Source: Gammaproteobacteria bacterium (lineage in GTDB: Bacteria; Pseudomonadota; Gammaproteobacteria; Arenicellales; Poriferihabitantaceae). Taken from it: DNA of 64,000 bases. Both the position numbers and the translations under genes were made by a program. A model generated the notes under the pieces. The model saw only the letters and a program-made list of their open reading frames with translations. It searched no databases and was not told the origin of the DNA. Shown here one piece after another: positions 28,727 to 37,468 of the stretch; the stretch's first letter is position 1, and the number at the start of each line of letters is the position of its first letter. The stretch covers positions 3,500 to 67,499 of the forward strand of contig JAJEAV010000033.1 of assembly GCA_022822625.1 (NCBI GenBank), in the 5' to 3' direction.

Positions 28727-29815
28727 TCATGAATCCATGATTTCCCGGGGTACCCGGGCGCTCAGCTTGCACAGGACTTCATAGGCATTTGTGCCAGCCC
28801 AGCCTGCAACCTGAGCGACCGAGGGTGACTCTCCCCATAAAACCGCCGAATCTCCTATTCCGGCCTGTTTGATATTGCTGACATCCACGGTCATTGAGTC
28901 CATGGATATCCTTCCCACAATGGGAGCTTTCCGGTTGTGGATTATCACGTATGCCGAGTCTGGAACAGTCCGGAAATAGCCATCGCCATAACCAATCCCG
29001 AGGTTTGCAATTCTCATTGGCCGGGCTGTGACATATGTCCTCCCATACCCGATGGTATCACCCTGTTTCAGGTTCTGAAGTGAAATAATTTTTGCCTGGA
29101 GTTCCATAACGGGTCTTAGTCCGTAATTTGCAGTCTCGCCTTCCAGAGGGGATATCCCATACAACATCAAGCCCGGCCGGACCCATTCGAGGTGTGAATC
29201 CGGCCAACACATGATTCCAGCGGAGTTGGCGATACTTCTTTTCCCCCCAAGACCCGCCGCAACCTGATTAAACTCGCTGATCTGCCTCCTTGTGAAATCG
29301 TCCTTCAAGTCCTCGGCAATTGCAAAGTGGGACATCATTCCAATACTGGCAGTGCATGGGCTCGCTTCAAGTACCCGATAAGCATGGATAAAGTCGTCAT
29401 GGTTCATTCCCAGTCGATTCATTCCGCTATTGAACTTCAGCCACACATCAAGCGGCCTACCGGCATGACATTTTATCCAGTCCACCTGATGGAGTGAGTG
29501 AATAACCGGGTCCAGTTGACCATCAGCACATGAAACGAGTTGCGAAGGATCACACAAGCCAGACAGGATGATCACCGGCAACTCATTGTCAACCTTTCGT
29601 AGCGAAAGTCCTTCTTCAATACTGGCAACTGCAAACCCATCCACCCGGCAACTCAACTCCCTAGCCACGATTTGCATGTCGTGTCCGTATGCATTAGCCT
29701 TGATCACGGCCATAACCCCGGACTTGGGTGCCAACCTGCGGATGGTCCTTATGTTGTCTCTGAGTGCAGATAGATTAATCAGAGCACGGTTTTTCCAGCC
29801 AATATCCATGTCCAT
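28727..29815 (-). CDS. alr: Alanine racemase
   Basis: PLP-lysine motif 'VIKANAYGHD' and 362 aa length. It lies immediately downstream of dnaB, as in E. coli. Confidence 0.9.
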   Translation of the reverse strand: MDMDIGWKNRALINLSALRDNIRTIRRLAPKSGVMAVIKANAYGHDMQIVARELSCRVDGFAVASIEEGLSLRKVDNELPVIILSGLCDPSQLVSCADGQLDPVIHSLHQVDWIKCHAGRPLDVWLKFNSGMNRLGMNHDDFIHAYRVLEASPCTASIGMMSHFAIAEDLKDDFTRRQISEFNQVAAGLGGKRSIANSAGIMCWPDSHLEWVRPGLMLYGISPLEGETANYGLRPVMELQAKIISLQNLKQGDTIGYGRTYVTARPMRIANLGIGYGDGYFRTVPDSAYVIIHNRKAPIVGRISMDSMTVDVSNIKQAGIGDSAVLWGESPSVAQVAGWAGTNAYEVLCKLSARVPREIMDS

Positions 29816-29849
29816 AAAACATGCAGTGACTGATTCGGTCTAGGGTCAG

Positions 29850-31241
29850 TCAAAATGAGTCAAAGGCATTGTCCGGAACATGGTCCCGGAAGCGGGTGAG
29901 ATTCGATTGATAGGTGAGCTTAACCGAATCAATGGGACCATTTCTCTGCTTGCCGATGATGATTTCAGCCGTGCCTTTCTCTTCTGAACCTGGGTCGCTT
30001 ACCTCGTCCCTGTGGATGAACAGGATGACATCGGCATCCTGTTCAATCGCTCCCGACTCTCGCAGGTCAGAGAGCTTGGGCCGCTTCTCGGTCCTGGTTT
30101 CGATAGATCTGTTGAGCTGCGACAAAACCATGATTGGAACATCAAGTTCCTGAGCCAGTATCTTCATGTTTCGGGTGATGCCAGAGATTTCGGTGGCCCG
30201 GTTATCCACATTTTCTACGCCATGCATGAGTTGCAGATAGTCCACCACAATCATCCCCATCTTGCCATACATTGACTGCATCTTGCGACTTCTTGATCGT
30301 AACTCGTTGACGTTGAGACCGCTTGACTCGTCCACTACTATCGGTACGTTTTCAAGTGTCTCGACTGCCCCGTTGATGCGTGGCCAGTCCGAATCTTTCA
30401 ACCTTCCGGTTCGAATCCGGTTTGAGTCAACACTGCTTACCGAAGACAGCAGCCGCATTGTTAATTGCTGGCCTGACATCTCGAGACTGAATATCCCGAC
30501 GGGCTGTTTTTCATTGACCCCTACATATTCGGCGATATTCAGGGCCAGTGATGTCTTGCCCATTGATGGACGACCAGCGACAACGATCAAGTCCCCCCTT
30601 TGCAAGCCACTGGTTAGTCTGTCAATTTCCTTAAACCCGGTGGGTACTCCGGTAATACCGCTAGAGGACTCTTGCAGTTCATTGATCCGGTCCATGACGT
30701 CCGGCAGCATATTCTCAATGGTTGTGAATTCCTTTCGGCGACTATCATGGCCTTCCGAAATTTCCAGAATCAGTTTTTCCGCTTCATTCAGCACTTCCTC
30801 TGTAGACAGACCACCGGGATGATACGCAGATTCCAATATATGGTTTGAACCATTGATAAGGGAACGCAGGACTGAGTTATCCCGAACGATTCTGGCGTAT
30901 GTAAGTAGATTCGCGACTCCCGGAGTATTCTCGACCAGTCTGGAGAGGTAGGCGATGCCAATATCTTTCGGGAAATTTTCCTCATCAGAGAGTTTTTCCG
31001 AGACAGTTACAACATCCAGTGGATTGCTGGCATTCATCAGTTCGGTCATCGCCTTGAAAATGACCTGATGGTTCTTGTGGTAAAAGTCTTCAGCCTTGAC
31101 CACAGTATTGACATCATCCCATTTCTCATTGTCCAGCATTAGACTGCCCAGCAATGACTCCTCCGCCTCAAGGGAATTCGGAGGAACTTTTGCAGATCGC
31201 TGTAATGCAGACTGGGGGACGAGATGAACCTTTTCGTTCAC
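29850..31241 (-). CDS. dnaB: Replicative DNA helicase
   Basis: 'PPNSLEAEESLLGSLMLDNE', Walker A 'GRPSMGKTSLALNIA', 'IVVDYLQLM', and 'LSQLNRSIE'. Confidence 0.95.
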   Translation of the reverse strand: MNEKVHLVPQSALQRSAKVPPNSLEAEESLLGSLMLDNEKWDDVNTVVKAEDFYHKNHQVIFKAMTELMNASNPLDVVTVSEKLSDEENFPKDIGIAYLSRLVENTPGVANLLTYARIVRDNSVLRSLINGSNHILESAYHPGGLSTEEVLNEAEKLILEISEGHDSRRKEFTTIENMLPDVMDRINELQESSSGITGVPTGFKEIDRLTSGLQRGDLIVVAGRPSMGKTSLALNIAEYVGVNEKQPVGIFSLEMSGQQLTMRLLSSVSSVDSNRIRTGRLKDSDWPRINGAVETLENVPIVVDESSGLNVNELRSRSRKMQSMYGKMGMIVVDYLQLMHGVENVDNRATEISGITRNMKILAQELDVPIMVLSQLNRSIETRTEKRPKLSDLRESGAIEQDADVILFIHRDEVSDPGSEEKGTAEIIIGKQRNGPIDSVKLTYQSNLTRFRDHVPDNAFDSF

Positions 31242-31702
31242 GACTTGATTCGCAATTTTGATATAGGCAAAGCATACCGAAATCTGTTCGACCTGTCATC
31301 TCCCTGAAGATTTTTTTGCTCGGGAAATTGCAAGAAATTTTGGAGCTTCGCCAAAATCAGGGAGATATCAGGGTCTGTTTTCCTTGACCGGCAGGAAGGG
31401 CAAATCGCGATTTTGGATTATGGGCGGTACAAGTGAAGAGAGGTACAAATGATTTCGGCAATACCGATGTGCAGAGGTGTGGGTAAGTAGATGCAGAAAA
31501 CCCCATGGCTCAAGCCTCTTGATTCAAATTGAGTGACTTCATCACTGAACCACGATATCAAAAAACAGCCAAACATTGCAGCCTGGCATCGAATCGTCAA
31601 TTTTCCGATTCCGAAACCGATATTTTCATTTCTGGTCAAGCTGAATTGAATGCCAGCCCCGCCGTATGAGTGTCCAGCAGTTCAAGTTCGGCCAGATGGA
31701 AA

Positions 31703-32278
31703 CTAGCTCGCAGAATCTTCCTCTTTCGATTTTTCTGCTTCAGACACTTCCGTTTCGGCTTCTTGGGCCACCTCCCCTTGCGTATCAGAATCTTCTTCCC
31801 GGCCTTCAACCCGTGCCTGACCAGAATCTTCTCCGACCTCTTCCTCAACAACCACCTTCACTGAAAATACAACCTCCGGATGAAAACTGACTTCAACGTC
31901 ATATTCACCAACTTCCTTGATATGGCCCATGGATTTCTGAATTTCAGATTTATCGACAGCAGCACCTAAAGCAGACAAGCCTTCAGCGATATCGGCTGGA
32001 GTAACAGACCCGTACAAATGACCACTCTCGGTACATAGGCGCTTTATGGTGATTTCCCTTGCAACCTTTTCGGATCGGGCCTTGCAGTCTTCGATAATCT
32101 GGGTTCGCTGCCTGGCATATTCCATACGTAGCTCTTCAGCCTTCTTCAGGGCTTCTTCACTTGCACGTATGGCTTTTTGCCGAGGAATCAGGAAATTTCT
32201 GGCATAGCCGTTCCTGACTTCGACCACATCCCCGACTTCACCGAGTTTCTGGACAGTTTCTAGCAGTACAAGTTTCAT
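31703..32278 (-). CDS. rplI: 50S ribosomal protein L9 with a ~40-aa acidic C-terminal extension
   Basis: 'MKLVLLETVQKLGEVGDVVEVRNGYARNFLIPRQKA'. Total length is 191 aa, against ~149 aa for typical L9. Confidence 0.9.
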   Translation of the reverse strand: MKLVLLETVQKLGEVGDVVEVRNGYARNFLIPRQKAIRASEEALKKAEELRMEYARQRTQIIEDCKARSEKVAREITIKRLCTESGHLYGSVTPADIAEGLSALGAAVDKSEIQKSMGHIKEVGEYDVEVSFHPEVVFSVKVVVEEEVGEDSGQARVEGREEDSDTQGEVAQEAETEVSEAEKSKEEDSAS

Positions 32279-32287
32279 GAGAAAGTC

Positions 32288-32518
32288 CTAGCCTCTGTGC
32301 TGATCAGTGTAAGGCAGCAAAGCGAGATATCGGGATCTCTTTATGGCCGTGGTCAGCTGTCGTTGAAACCGTGTTTTGGTGCCAGTGCTGCGACGCGGCA
32401 GGATTTTCCCGGTTTCGCTGATGTTCTGATTAAGAATATCGAGATCCTTGTAGTCAATCGACTCAACGCCTGCCGCGGTAAAACGACAGAATTTTGGACG
32501 TTTGTAATGTCTGTTCAT
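32288..32518 (-). CDS. rpsR: 30S ribosomal protein S18
   Basis: '[39 protein letters not shown]...[19 protein letters not shown]'. Confidence 0.95.
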   Translation of the reverse strand: MNRHYKRPKFCRFTAAGVESIDYKDLDILNQNISETGKILPRRSTGTKTRFQRQLTTAIKRSRYLALLPYTDQHRG

Positions 32519-33171
32519 TTTGTCTCCTCTTCTTCGCTCTGCTCCTGCGCTTCAGTTTCATCAGATTCGGATGCTAGTTCTTCTTCTACCTGTTCTTCCG
32601 TTATGGGTTCGTTTTGACCGTTCCTGACTTCATTTTCTTCTACTGATGGCTTTGCGATATCTACAGCAGCACTTTCATCTGCAACTGGTTCTTCGGCTTC
32701 AACATCTATACTTTCATCAGCGGAAACTTCTTCAGCTGGCGGAGTACCCGCCTCTGTATCAGTAGCCCCTTCGGATTCTTGATCATTCCGACTCTCCTGG
32801 TCTTCCCGCATTTTCCTCTCTCGAGCCAGTTTTTCGGCCTCGTCTTCCTTGATCTTGGCCTTGAGTATCGGTGACTGCTCGATAATTGCTTCCTTTCGTC
32901 GAATGACCAGATGCCGCAAGATGGAATCATTGAATCGGAAATGGCCCTCAATCTCCTTGAGGGTTGATGAATCACATTCGATGTTTAATAATACATAATG
33001 CGCCTTGTGCAGGTCATTGATCATGTAGGCCAAAATCCTTCGACCCCAGTCTTCTTCACGATGCACCTGGCCACCATTGGATGTAACCATATTCCGGTAT
33101 CTTTCAATCATTCCAGATACCTGTTCGCTCTGGTCCGGATGAACCAGAAACACTATTTCATAATGTCTCAT
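32515..33171 (-). CDS. rpsF: 30S ribosomal protein S6 with a ~85-90-aa acidic C-terminal extension
   Basis: The start is taken at '[18 protein letters not shown]' (ATG 33171). '[11 protein letters not shown]' and '[12 protein letters not shown]' follow. The stop overlaps the rpsR ATG, and there is no priB between them. Confidence 0.9.
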   Translation of the reverse strand: MRHYEIVFLVHPDQSEQVSGMIERYRNMVTSNGGQVHREEDWGRRILAYMINDLHKAHYVLLNIECDSSTLKEIEGHFRFNDSILRHLVIRRKEAIIEQSPILKAKIKEDEAEKLARERKMREDQESRNDQESEGATDTEAGTPPAEEVSADESIDVEAEEPVADESAAVDIAKPSVEENEVRNGQNEPITEEQVEEELASESDETEAQEQSEEEETK

Positions 33172-33399
33172 TGATGTCTCCTCTCGGTTGTTATTCTCCT
33201 GCAATTTGCAAGTCGAGCAAGGCAGTGAGAAAAGGAGTATTACTTTGAAGGCCTAGATTATACGGGCAGTAATGATTTGATTCAATCGTTTCGTGCATAA
33301 ATGTGAAGAGCAAATAAACTGCCGGTTTGGCAGCAAATAGATTGTCCACTATCGACCATCGCTCCCCTCGAGGGGAGTAGCTATACACGGTAGCATGTG

Positions 33400-34320
33400 C
33401 ATGCTTTACCATCGGTTGTCCCTGGATGTCATGGCATGCCAGTTCCCATGGCCCGTGATGTAGGCCGACAGGCCCCGTCCGGATATTTCAGTACCCAGAC
33501 CCTGGTTCTGACGCGGCGGTCGGCAGGCAGGATCTGTGGAATCATGTCACCACGCTACCGAAGGTCGGGTCCCGAATGGTCAATATTCGGGCCTGCGGGG
33601 GATGGCGGAGACGGTCTAGGTGCAAGGCAACGATCGAGGTTTTGGCCATCACCGCAACCGAAAGGATCCCGTCCCGGGGTAGCGAGCCCTGACTGGGTGC
33701 TGCTGAGCACCGAGGGCGCCATGGATGCCGGGATTGCCCGGACCGTGGTCGGCTGGTACGAGCGCCGGTGGACCATCGAGGAATACTGCCGGGCACTGAA
33801 ATCTGGCGCCCGTGTCGAAGACCGCCGGTTCGACGCGCTGGCACCTCAAGAAATACCTCGCCTTCGATGCCTCCGCATGCTGGTTCCCGACATCGCTAGG
33901 CTCGCCAGATTCCATCCGCGCAACAGCAACCACTGCGAGCATCACCATGGTCTGGAAGGGGCATGCCCTGCTCGGTCAGGCACTTCAACATACCGGACTG
34001 AAAACAATGAGTATGATCAAAACCGACCGAGTTAACCATGGGGCGTTGTGGGGTCCGAGAGGTGTGGCCCAGAACCTTCTCCCTGAAGTCAACTACCAGT
34101 CCCATTTCCGCCTTCTCCGACTTCTTCTGGCCCATTTTCCGGCATTCGGACGCGGCTTCGGCGAGGCCCCATCCACCTCCATGCCCCCCAACCGCGATTC
34201 TCGGGTGGACTCCTCGCACAGGATCCCCAATAGCCTCGTCTCCATCCGGAGGACTCGCCGGGTCAGTTCACGCTTTCGAACGGAAGCGTGCCCAGTATTT
34301 CGCGGCAATCCCCGCTAAAT
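33400..34320 (+). mobile_element. Degenerate GC-rich IS4-family (Tn5/IS50-like) transposase relic
   Basis: 'VVGWYERRWTIEEYCRALKSGARVEDRRFD' (nt ~33751-33830) fits the IS4 Y-(2)-R-(3)-E-(6)-K region. The reading frame then breaks repeatedly. GC is much higher than in the flanks: a hand-counted 60-nt line at 33661 is ~70% GC. Confidence 0.6.
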
Positions 34321-34434
34321 ACCGAGTCTGTCTTCTACAGGAAACAACAAGGTGTCGATGGAATTTTCGGTTGTGGAACCGATCAGGGGTGATGGACATT
34401 CAATCTCGACTGAAACCATCTTGGTCCAGTACCT

Positions 34435-35799
34435 TCATTGAACTTGTGACCATTTATCCGAGTAATTTTTTTGGGAGACCAGCCATCCCATGGTGGCATC
34501 ACTCATCTTCAAGTCAAGCACCATACTGCCATCACCCAGATAGGTTTCTTTAAGGACTTCGCATTTTTGAAAGAGTCTTGAGCGAAGTTCGCCGGCATCA
34601 GGTCTTAGTTCAATTCGATACTGGTTATATTCCTTGCTCATCAGCGTAGCGAGCGCATCAATCAGCATATCTAGCCCTTCTCCAGTCTCCGCAGACAACA
34701 TCACCGATTCGGGGATTCCGTTTCTATTGAAAATCACTTTCGGAACCTGACTGATCTTGTCTATTTTGTTAAGAACATTGACCACGGGGATGTTTTCAGC
34801 ACCAATTTCTTCTAGCACGTCGCGAACATGTAACCGTGTTTCCTGACTGTCGGATGCTGATATATCGCTAACAAGCAATAGAAATGTCGAGTTCAGCACT
34901 TCCTCTAGCGTAGATTTGAATGATGCAATCAAGCTATGCGGTAAATCCCTGACAAACCCTACGGTATCCGAAAGCACCACAGTACCGGCTTTCGGCAAAT
35001 CCAGTCGACGCATCGTTGGATCAAGCGTAGCAAACAAGCGATTGTCGCTAAGCGTATCAGCACCCGTGAGCGCATTAAACAAGGTAGACTTGCCCGCATT
35101 GGTATATCCAACCAGTGAAATGGTCGCAACCGGGGCTCGCTGCCTCGACCTTCTTCTCAAATTCCTTTGTGACTCGACCCTCTCAAGTCGCGATGCCAGA
35201 GTTCGAATGCGTTGCCCAATCAATCGACGGTCCGTCTCTAGTTGTGACTCACCCGGCCCCCGCAAGCCAATACCCCCTTTCTGACGCTCCAGATGTGACC
35301 ATCCCCTAACCAGTCGGGTTGAGAGATGCCTCAATTGAGCAAGTTCAACCTGGAGCTTACCCTCCATTGATGTCGCGCGTTGTGCGAAGATTGAAAGGAT
35401 TAATCCTGATCGATCGAGAACCCGACACTTGACTAGCCTTTCGACGTTGCGTTCCTGTACCGGGCTAATGGGATGATCGAAAATTACTACCGACACAGAA
35501 TGGCATGCAACCATTCCCGCCAGTTCCTCAACCTTGCCCTTTCCTATAAAAGTTGCTGCAACAGGGCGTGAGCGGACCGAAACCATACGGGCACAGACCT
35601 CGGCACCTGCTGAAACTGCCAATTCGTTCAACTCACCAAGAACATGGTCACCCGCAAGTGCGGAATTGGCAACCTGACAGACAATAATGGCTCTTTCCCG
35701 GCCATCGCAGGATGTAACCTCCCCCGAAGAAACACCAAGCTTGATGGGGTTCCCAATCCTGTATTTGTCTGGATAGTCAGGGTGCTGGCTACCCATCAA
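34435..35799 (-). CDS. hflX: GTPase HflX
   Basis: G1 'GYTNAGKSTLFNALT', G3 'DTVGF', G4 'NKID', and an HflX N-terminal domain 'FIGKGKVEEL'. It lies downstream of hfq. Confidence 0.9.
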   Translation of the reverse strand: MMGSQHPDYPDKYRIGNPIKLGVSSGEVTSCDGRERAIIVCQVANSALAGDHVLGELNELAVSAGAEVCARMVSVRSRPVAATFIGKGKVEELAGMVACHSVSVVIFDHPISPVQERNVERLVKCRVLDRSGLILSIFAQRATSMEGKLQVELAQLRHLSTRLVRGWSHLERQKGGIGLRGPGESQLETDRRLIGQRIRTLASRLERVESQRNLRRRSRQRAPVATISLVGYTNAGKSTLFNALTGADTLSDNRLFATLDPTMRRLDLPKAGTVVLSDTVGFVRDLPHSLIASFKSTLEEVLNSTFLLLVSDISASDSQETRLHVRDVLEEIGAENIPVVNVLNKIDKISQVPKVIFNRNGIPESVMLSAETGEGLDMLIDALATLMSKEYNQYRIELRPDAGELRSRLFQKCEVLKETYLGDGSMVLDLKMSDATMGWLVSQKNYSDKWSQVQ

Positions 35800-35856
35800 T
35801 CTTCAACATCGAACAAAGAATGGTGCCGGCTCAAGGTCAATTCATTACAGCAGACT

Positions 35857-36099
35857 TCATTTGGAGTCTTCTTCAACAGGTATTAGCTTGACGGGTCGAG
35901 TCGGGACTATGGTTGAAATGGCGTGTTTATAGATAATCTGGTTAACCGAGTTCTTCAAGAGAATGACATACTGGTCATAGGAATCGATTTGGCCCTGTAA
36001 CTTGATGCCGTTAATCAGGAATATCGAAACCGGTATGCGTTCTTTTCTTAACGTGTTTAAAAATGGGTCCTGCAGGGCCGTCCCACTATATTTTTGCAT
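35857..36099 (-). CDS. hfq: RNA chaperone Hfq
   Basis: '[42 protein letters not shown]...[11 protein letters not shown]' (Sm1/Sm2 motifs). Confidence 0.95.
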   Translation of the reverse strand: MQKYSGTALQDPFLNTLRKERIPVSIFLINGIKLQGQIDSYDQYVILLKNSVNQIIYKHAISTIVPTRPVKLIPVEEDSK

Positions 36100-36154
36100 T
36101 ACTTATTACTCTTGATTTTATGATTTTGGATTCAAGGAAGACTTGAAATATCCG

Positions 36155-36183
36155 CTTATAAGTTAGTCCGATAAATATTTGAA
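36155..36183 (-). promoter_or_regulatory. Candidate sigma70 promoter for hfq (TTCAAA-17-TATAAG)
   Basis: The minus strand reads TTCAAA (36183-36178), a 17-nt spacer, then TATAAG (36160-36155), about 55 nt upstream of the hfq ATG. This is a pattern match only, in AT-rich DNA. Confidence 0.25.
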
Positions 36184-36223
36184 AAGATGTAAATTAAATT
36201 TCTTTTTTTGTTGACAATACAAT

Positions 36224-36243
36224 AATAATTTGGGAATTATATC
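36224..36243. repeat. Right boundary of the tnpB unit: 8-bp direct repeat AATAATTT (36224-36231) plus 12-bp terminal inverted repeat GGGAATTATATC (36232-36243)
   Basis: Hand-verified against the sequence. The reverse complement GATATAATTCCC occurs at 37469-37480 and is followed by AATAATTT at 37481-37488. Confidence 0.8.
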
Positions 36244-36244
36244 T

Positions 36245-37432
36245 TTAAGTAACATACTGTTCTGCGTCCTGCCCGGTTTTCCCGGAATTGCCTCCGGCAT
36301 TGACCATGACATCTTTTCTGACATTCTCGGGCGCACCGGGAAGAGCAGATTCCTGCCCCATTTCCCACCCGGCAAGCAGGTAACCCTGCTTGAGAATGTT
36401 CCGGGATGCATTCACATCCCTGTCCAGTGATACACCGCAACCACCGCAATCAAACCGCCTCTTGTGCAGAGGCATCTTCTGACGATGGCCACAGACCGAG
36501 CAATCGGTACTGGTGTTATGCGGGGCAACCCGTACTACTTCCCCACCGGCACTTTCAGCCTTGTAGGCAAGCATGTCTACGAATTTGCCCCATTGCTGCT
36601 CCATGATGGCCCTTGCAAGATTGTGGTTCTTGACCATGTTATCAATCTGCAAGTTCTCTACCGCAATGCAGTTATGGCTCTTCATGATTTCGCTGGTGGC
36701 CCTGTGGAGTTCATCGTGTTCTATGATTCGCACTCTTTCCCACTCCCTCCGCAGGGCCATGACTTTCTTCCTTCGGCTATTGCTACCCTTTTCAGCTCTT
36801 GACAACTTCCGTTGCAGTCGCTTGAGCGTCCTGCGGTCAATGCGCCCGGCATCCAGCGTCATGCCACTGGACAGGATAGCCCTGTCCTTCAGTCCCAGGT
36901 CAACCCCGATGGGCTCATGGGGCTTTCTGGTGCAGGTGTTCTCCTTCTTCACTACGAACTGTATCGAAACCCGGAGGGCAGACTTTATGATCCTAACCAT
37001 CGTTGTCTTCCCTTCCGGCAGTTCCTTGAACCGGATAGTGCCGATACCCTTTATCCTGATGCTGTTACCATTGAACCTGGGATCAGGAACATCGAAGGAA
37101 TGAACGCCCCTGTGCCTGCTCTTTAACCTTGGATAGCCCGGCTTCTCGCCCGCTTTTACCCGCCTGAAAAACGCCTGGAACGCCTCATCAATTCGCCTCA
37201 ATGCGCTACGCTGGGTCTGTGCGTGATACTGCGAAAACTCCGGATCCTTGCGGATTTTGGTAAGGGACTTCTGCTGTTCGTAATAGGATATTGACCGCCC
37301 TGTCTTCTTGTAGCAGTCTTGCCTTTCTTGCAATGCTACATTCCACAATTCAGTCTGTTGACGTAGAAATGCATCAAGCCTGATATGAACAGGTTTGCCA
37401 ACTTTTGCTGTCTGTGTGATGGTGCGAATCAT
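36245..37432 (-). CDS. tnpB: IS200/IS605-type accessory protein TnpB (RNA-guided RuvC-like endonuclease family)
   Basis: RuvC motifs are 'IGVDLGLKD' (D), 'CIAVENLQI' (E) and 'SLDRDVNASRNI' (D). The zinc finger is 'CSVCGHRQ...FDCGGCG', and the N-terminus 'SYYEQQKSLTKIRKD...YHAQTQRSALRRIDEAFQAFFRR' is typical. I prefer the ATG at 37432 over the TTG at 37450. Confidence 0.85.
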   Translation of the reverse strand: MIRTITQTAKVGKPVHIRLDAFLRQQTELWNVALQERQDCYKKTGRSISYYEQQKSLTKIRKDPEFSQYHAQTQRSALRRIDEAFQAFFRRVKAGEKPGYPRLKSRHRGVHSFDVPDPRFNGNSIRIKGIGTIRFKELPEGKTTMVRIIKSALRVSIQFVVKKENTCTRKPHEPIGVDLGLKDRAILSSGMTLDAGRIDRRTLKRLQRKLSRAEKGSNSRRKKVMALRREWERVRIIEHDELHRATSEIMKSHNCIAVENLQIDNMVKNHNLARAIMEQQWGKFVDMLAYKAESAGGEVVRVAPHNTSTDCSVCGHRQKMPLHKRRFDCGGCGVSLDRDVNASRNILKQGYLLAGWEMGQESALPGAPENVRKDVMVNAGGNSGKTGQDAEQYVT

Positions 37433-37441
37433 GACCTGATT

Positions 37442-37463
37442 GTAACACAATCTAAAGTGTTAC
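37442..37463. repeat. Perfect 7-bp stem / 8-nt loop hairpin (GTAACAC-AATCTAAA-GTGTTAC) between the left TIR and the tnpB start
   Basis: Read directly from the sequence. It lies 10 nt upstream of the tnpB ATG and 6 nt inside the TIR. Confidence 0.6.
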
Positions 37464-37468
37464 CTTTC

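Noticed and set aside
33397-34553. Multiple overlapping 70-210-aa ORFs on both strands in the GC-rich segment.
   Set aside because: High GC suppresses stop codons in all frames. Only one stretch shows a recognisable (IS4 transposase) signature, and it is frameshifted. I treated the whole segment as a relic rather than as genes.
36163-36449. Small ORFs (66-82 aa) overlapping the 3' end of tnpB on both strands.
   Set aside because: They lie within or antisense to the well-supported tnpB frame and cross the TIR. They are more likely non-coding; this is the region expected to encode the omega-RNA scaffold.
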